Shown one piece after another: positions 61,116-64,000 of a stretch of DNA of 64,000 nucleotides; position 1 is the stretch's first letter; each line of letters opens with the position of its first letter. The position numbers were made by a program, and so were the translations under genes. The stretch lies in IMG/VR virus record IMGVR_UViG_3300017987_000001, positions 124,001-188,000 of that record. The stretch is one strand, 5' to 3'. The notes beneath the pieces were generated by a model. It was not told where the DNA came from, did no database searches, and worked only from the letters and a program-made list of their open reading frames with translations.

Positions 61116-62506
61116 TGACCAGCGTTACCCGGAGTCTCTCCCTTGTTCTTCGCATCGTTCAGCATGGTGAGAGCCTGAGCGAGGAGCGCCGGGTCGACCG
61201 CACCGCCCGTCACCGCCGGACCGGGAGTGTGCGGAGCCGCATTGGGCGACTGAGGCGTCTGCTGCGTCTGCGGCTGCTGCCCGGCAGGTGCCGAGAACTC
61301 AGACGGAGTCGCAGGAACTTCCGGACCGGACGGGGTCTCTTCGTCGCCTCCGTCACCGGAACCCCAGCCGTCGTCCGCAGGCGGAGCCTGCTGAGTCTGC
61401 GGGGGAGCCTGTTGCGTCTGCTGAGTCTGCGGAGGCGCCTGCTGCGTCTGAGACTGCTGCAGCTGCTGCTGCGCCGCCCCCTGCAGTCCACCACCGCCAC
61501 CCGTGGCATACGCCTGCCGCACGCCGCCGCGCATGCTGTTCTGCAGCGCCTGCCAACTACCGCACGTGCCCTCGGGGAGCATCCCCTCGTACTCGCTGCG
61601 ACCGAGTGCGAAGTCGAGCAGCTCGACCGGGAACGCCCGCTTCAGGTAGCCGATCTGCTGCTCTGCCGTGTGATACCGGAAGAGCTGGGGCCACGGGGTC
61701 CAGAAGCTGCGCACGCGATTCTGCATCGCCTCGTTGAGCGGCTTCTCGGCGAGCATCTCGATGTCGTAGTGCGCAATCTCCGTCTCCGTCTTCTCGGCCT
61801 GAAAGATCTTCATGATCCGGCCGTGCTCGGGCGAGCACCAGTCCCCGAGCTTGAAGCCGCGAGCACACAGCTCGTCGAACGCGCGACGTCCCTCTTCCGT
61901 ATCCGTCGGCGGAAGCTGCGCAGGGAACTCGAAGCCCTCAACTTGCGCATTGCCCAGTCGCGAGAACGCCATGAGGATCGAGAGCGAACCCATGAAGAGC
62001 ACCGGGAATCGCGGCTCTTCCTTGCCCGTGACGCGGTTCTTGCAGGGCTTACCCTTGATCGCCGTGGCAGCCGCCTGCGCGAACATGTGCGTCTGGACCT
62101 TCGATACCTTCGCACCCCGTCCCGGACCGCTCTGGGTCCAGCCGTACCACTCCTTCGGGATGTCGTGCGGACTGTGCTCTGCCACCGTCAGCAGGGCATT
62201 GGTCAGCTTGGTCGTCGGATCCTCACCATCCAGCTCGGGGATCCGCGTGATGTACGTGAACGACTCGAATGCACCGAGCTTCTTCGCGACAGGCTCGGTC
62301 TCAACAGCCGGGCCGAAGTGGTCAAACTCGATGCTGTTACGCATCGGTTCCCAGCCACCCTCTCGCGGAGCAGGGAAGATGCGGATCTCCGTGAATGTCT
62401 TCCAGTCGGGCAGCTGAGTCGAATGCGGCGTACCGGGCTGCTTGATCATGAACCCCGGAACGCCATCGAGTCCGCCACCGCCACCAGCACGATCTCTGAA
62501 CGCCAT
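61112..62506 (-). CDS. Putative single-stranded DNA-binding protein with Gln/Pro-rich acidic linker
   Basis: IRIFPAP resembles the gp32-like IRFLP motif; located between polA and recA; disordered acidic C-terminal part. Confidence 0.5.
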   Translation of the reverse strand: MAFRDRAGGGGGLDGVPGFMIKQPGTPHSTQLPDWKTFTEIRIFPAPREGGWEPMRNSIEFDHFGPAVETEPVAKKLGAFESFTYITRIPELDGEDPTTKLTNALLTVAEHSPHDIPKEWYGWTQSGPGRGAKVSKVQTHMFAQAAATAIKGKPCKNRVTGKEEPRFPVLFMGSLSILMAFSRLGNAQVEGFEFPAQLPPTDTEEGRRAFDELCARGFKLGDWCSPEHGRIMKIFQAEKTETEIAHYDIEMLAEKPLNEAMQNRVRSFWTPWPQLFRYHTAEQQIGYLKRAFPVELLDFALGRSEYEGMLPEGTCGSWQALQNSMRGGVRQAYATGGGGGLQGAAQQQLQQSQTQQAPPQTQQTQQAPPQTQQAPPADDGWGSGDGGDEETPSGPEVPATPSEFSAPAGQQPQTQQTPQSPNAAPHTPGPAVTGGAVDPALLAQALTMLNDAKNKGETPGNAGQ

Positions 62507-62507
62507 G

Positions 62508-63110
62508 TTAGTTGCTCCCTTCAAGCAATTGATCGATTATTGGTGTGAACATCTTGATAAGCGCTTTCTTTTCTCTCTGTACCAATTCGAAGAACGGTTC
62601 TCTGTACGTCACCTCACGAAACATATACCGAGGAACGTAGTAGCATGGTTCCGCGTCGTTCGCCGCATCAATACGTCCGTTGCAAATCCGACCTCCACAA
62701 GGATCGTAGCCGACTTTGCTAAGGTCGATATCCGCAACATCGACGACGTGAATTCTGTCATCGCCGAGCGTGCGTACGATGAACAAGCAATGAGGGATGC
62801 TTCCCACATACTTCATCAGTTCATCATACTTATCCACGTCGAGGATATAGGTGGGCCACTTCTCCCATCGTCCGCTTCGGCACTTCACTTCAGAAATGAA
62901 GCATAACGCGAGCGATGAGGTTCCTACCCGGTAGTGCGCGTACCGCCCAGCCAACGGTGGTGGAAGCTGCTGTAGATTAAGCACACTCCACGCATCGAGC
63001 GGATCGAAACGCTCGAAACGGTAGATCTCCGGATTCCCAAAGGCTTTGGACAGGCAATGCAACGCGATGAACTCGTTCTCCATGTGTTCTCTGTTTTCGT
63101 AGGTAGGCAT
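62508..63110 (-). CDS. Putative PD-(D/E)XK nuclease-fold protein
   Basis: PLDAW...ISEVKCR. Confidence 0.45.
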   Translation of the reverse strand: MPTYENREHMENEFIALHCLSKAFGNPEIYRFERFDPLDAWSVLNLQQLPPPLAGRYAHYRVGTSSLALCFISEVKCRSGRWEKWPTYILDVDKYDELMKYVGSIPHCLFIVRTLGDDRIHVVDVADIDLSKVGYDPCGGRICNGRIDAANDAEPCYYVPRYMFREVTYREPFFELVQREKKALIKMFTPIIDQLLEGSN

Positions 63111-63125
63111 ACCTACTCCTCGATC

Positions 63126-64000
63126 TTACCAGTACTTTTCAGGCACTCCGATTTGCTCTAAGCTCTCTTTCTTTGGCTTCTCACCCCATCTCAGCATGAT
63201 CTCCGGATCGATACCGAAGCTGAAGTTCAGCCGGGGAACCACCGCGTTGTGCACCATGCACAGCGGGAGCACGAACTCCACGACATGTTCGATCTGTTCC
63301 ACCGGCACTTCGAGCATGACTGCATCGTGAATCGCAAGCAGGATCCGATACGCACACCACGGATTCTGCTGCTTATAGAGCCACAGGTTGTACAGCGCCG
63401 TCGACAGCGTGTCGGCGACGACGGACTGAATCGGGAAGTTGACTGCCTCCCGCTCCTGCGCTGCCATCACGGACTCGTCGGGCGACACGAAGAAGTGTCG
63501 TCGCCGTCCGTACGGGTTCTCGATCCAGTGCGGGTGATTGCGTACACAACTCTTGCACCAGTTCACGTAGTCGCGAACCTTGCTATAGCGTTCGTACCAC
63601 GCATCGATAATCCGTTGAGCCTTGTCGGCATCCATGTTGGCCGCGCCCTTGGTTTCACGATTGACTTGACGGGCGATAGCCTTCGCTCCGCGCTGATACG
63701 GGATGCCGAAGTTGATATTCTTCGCAGCGACGTACAGGTGCGGGAAGGCTTTCGATACCTCCTCGTAGCTGCACGGTGCGCGAAGGATGTCAACGGCAAC
63801 CTTAGCGTGGAGCTTAATGGGGCCAAGAGCATCAGCGATGAGATTCTTGTCGCCGCTGATGTAGGCAAGCCCACAGACCTCGGCCGACTTGTAGTCAGCT
63901 TCGATGAGGACGTAGCCATCAGGCGCAATCACACACGATCTGAGCGACTGAACATCCTCGCCCATGATCATCTTGTACTTGCTCTCCTGACGCTTACTCC
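63126..64000 (-). CDS. polA: Family A DNA polymerase, C-terminal part (5' end outside the window)
   Basis: Motif A EADYKSAE, motif B AAKNINFGIPY, YGRRR, NFPIQS, motif C IHD. Confidence 0.95.
   Translation of the reverse strand, partial: SKRQESKYKMIMGEDVQSLRSCVIAPDGYVLIEADYKSAEVCGLAYISGDKNLIADALGPIKLHAKVAVDILRAPCSYEEVSKAFPHLYVAAKNINFGIPYQRGAKAIARQVNRETKGAANMDADKAQRIIDAWYERYSKVRDYVNWCKSCVRNHPHWIENPYGRRRHFFVSPDESVMAAQEREAVNFPIQSVVADTLSTALYNLWLYKQQNPWCAYRILLAIHDAVMLEVPVEQIEHVVEFVLPLCMVHNAVVPRLNFSFGIDPEIMLRWGEKPKKESLEQIGVPEKYW

Noticed and set aside
1-64000. Genome-wide TAG reassignment
   Set aside because: Long conserved genes are intact under the standard bacterial code, and TAG terminates many genes at natural boundaries.

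Overview
This looks like a 64 kb piece of a large, high-GC, tailed dsDNA phage genome, with essentially all coding on the minus strand. In transcription order (right to left) it has four parts. (i) A replication/recombination block: family A DNA polymerase (partial), putative SSB, RecA-like protein, XRE regulators, DEDDh exonuclease, resolvase-like nuclease. (ii) A field of small accessory genes with a CUA-anticodon (amber suppressor) tRNA, a vWA protein, a glutaredoxin-like protein, a ParB-like/HTH protein and a possible degenerate RNA polymerase beta paralogue. (iii) An intein-containing portal-like gene followed by a 12 kb glycan synthesis/modification cluster. (iv) A probable virion module with a LigD-type phosphoesterase-ligase, a multisubunit RNA polymerase (beta fused to N-terminal beta', C-terminal beta' separate) and many glycine-zipper or low-complexity proteins. 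The most striking signal is a roughly 370 aa insert inside the RNAP beta chain carrying a HiPIP-like 4-Cys domain and a 2H phosphoesterase (Acb1-like). These are bordered by a K-x-A motif that recurs at domain boundaries across the virion module, which suggests a protease-processed 'RNAP plus cargo' polyprotein. Also notable are a 22 bp palindrome in 7 dispersed copies and a promoter/terminator-bounded structured RNA on the opposite strand. All assignments are by-eye motif recognition; no searches were run. No major capsid, terminase, prohead protease or integrase gene was recognised in the window.
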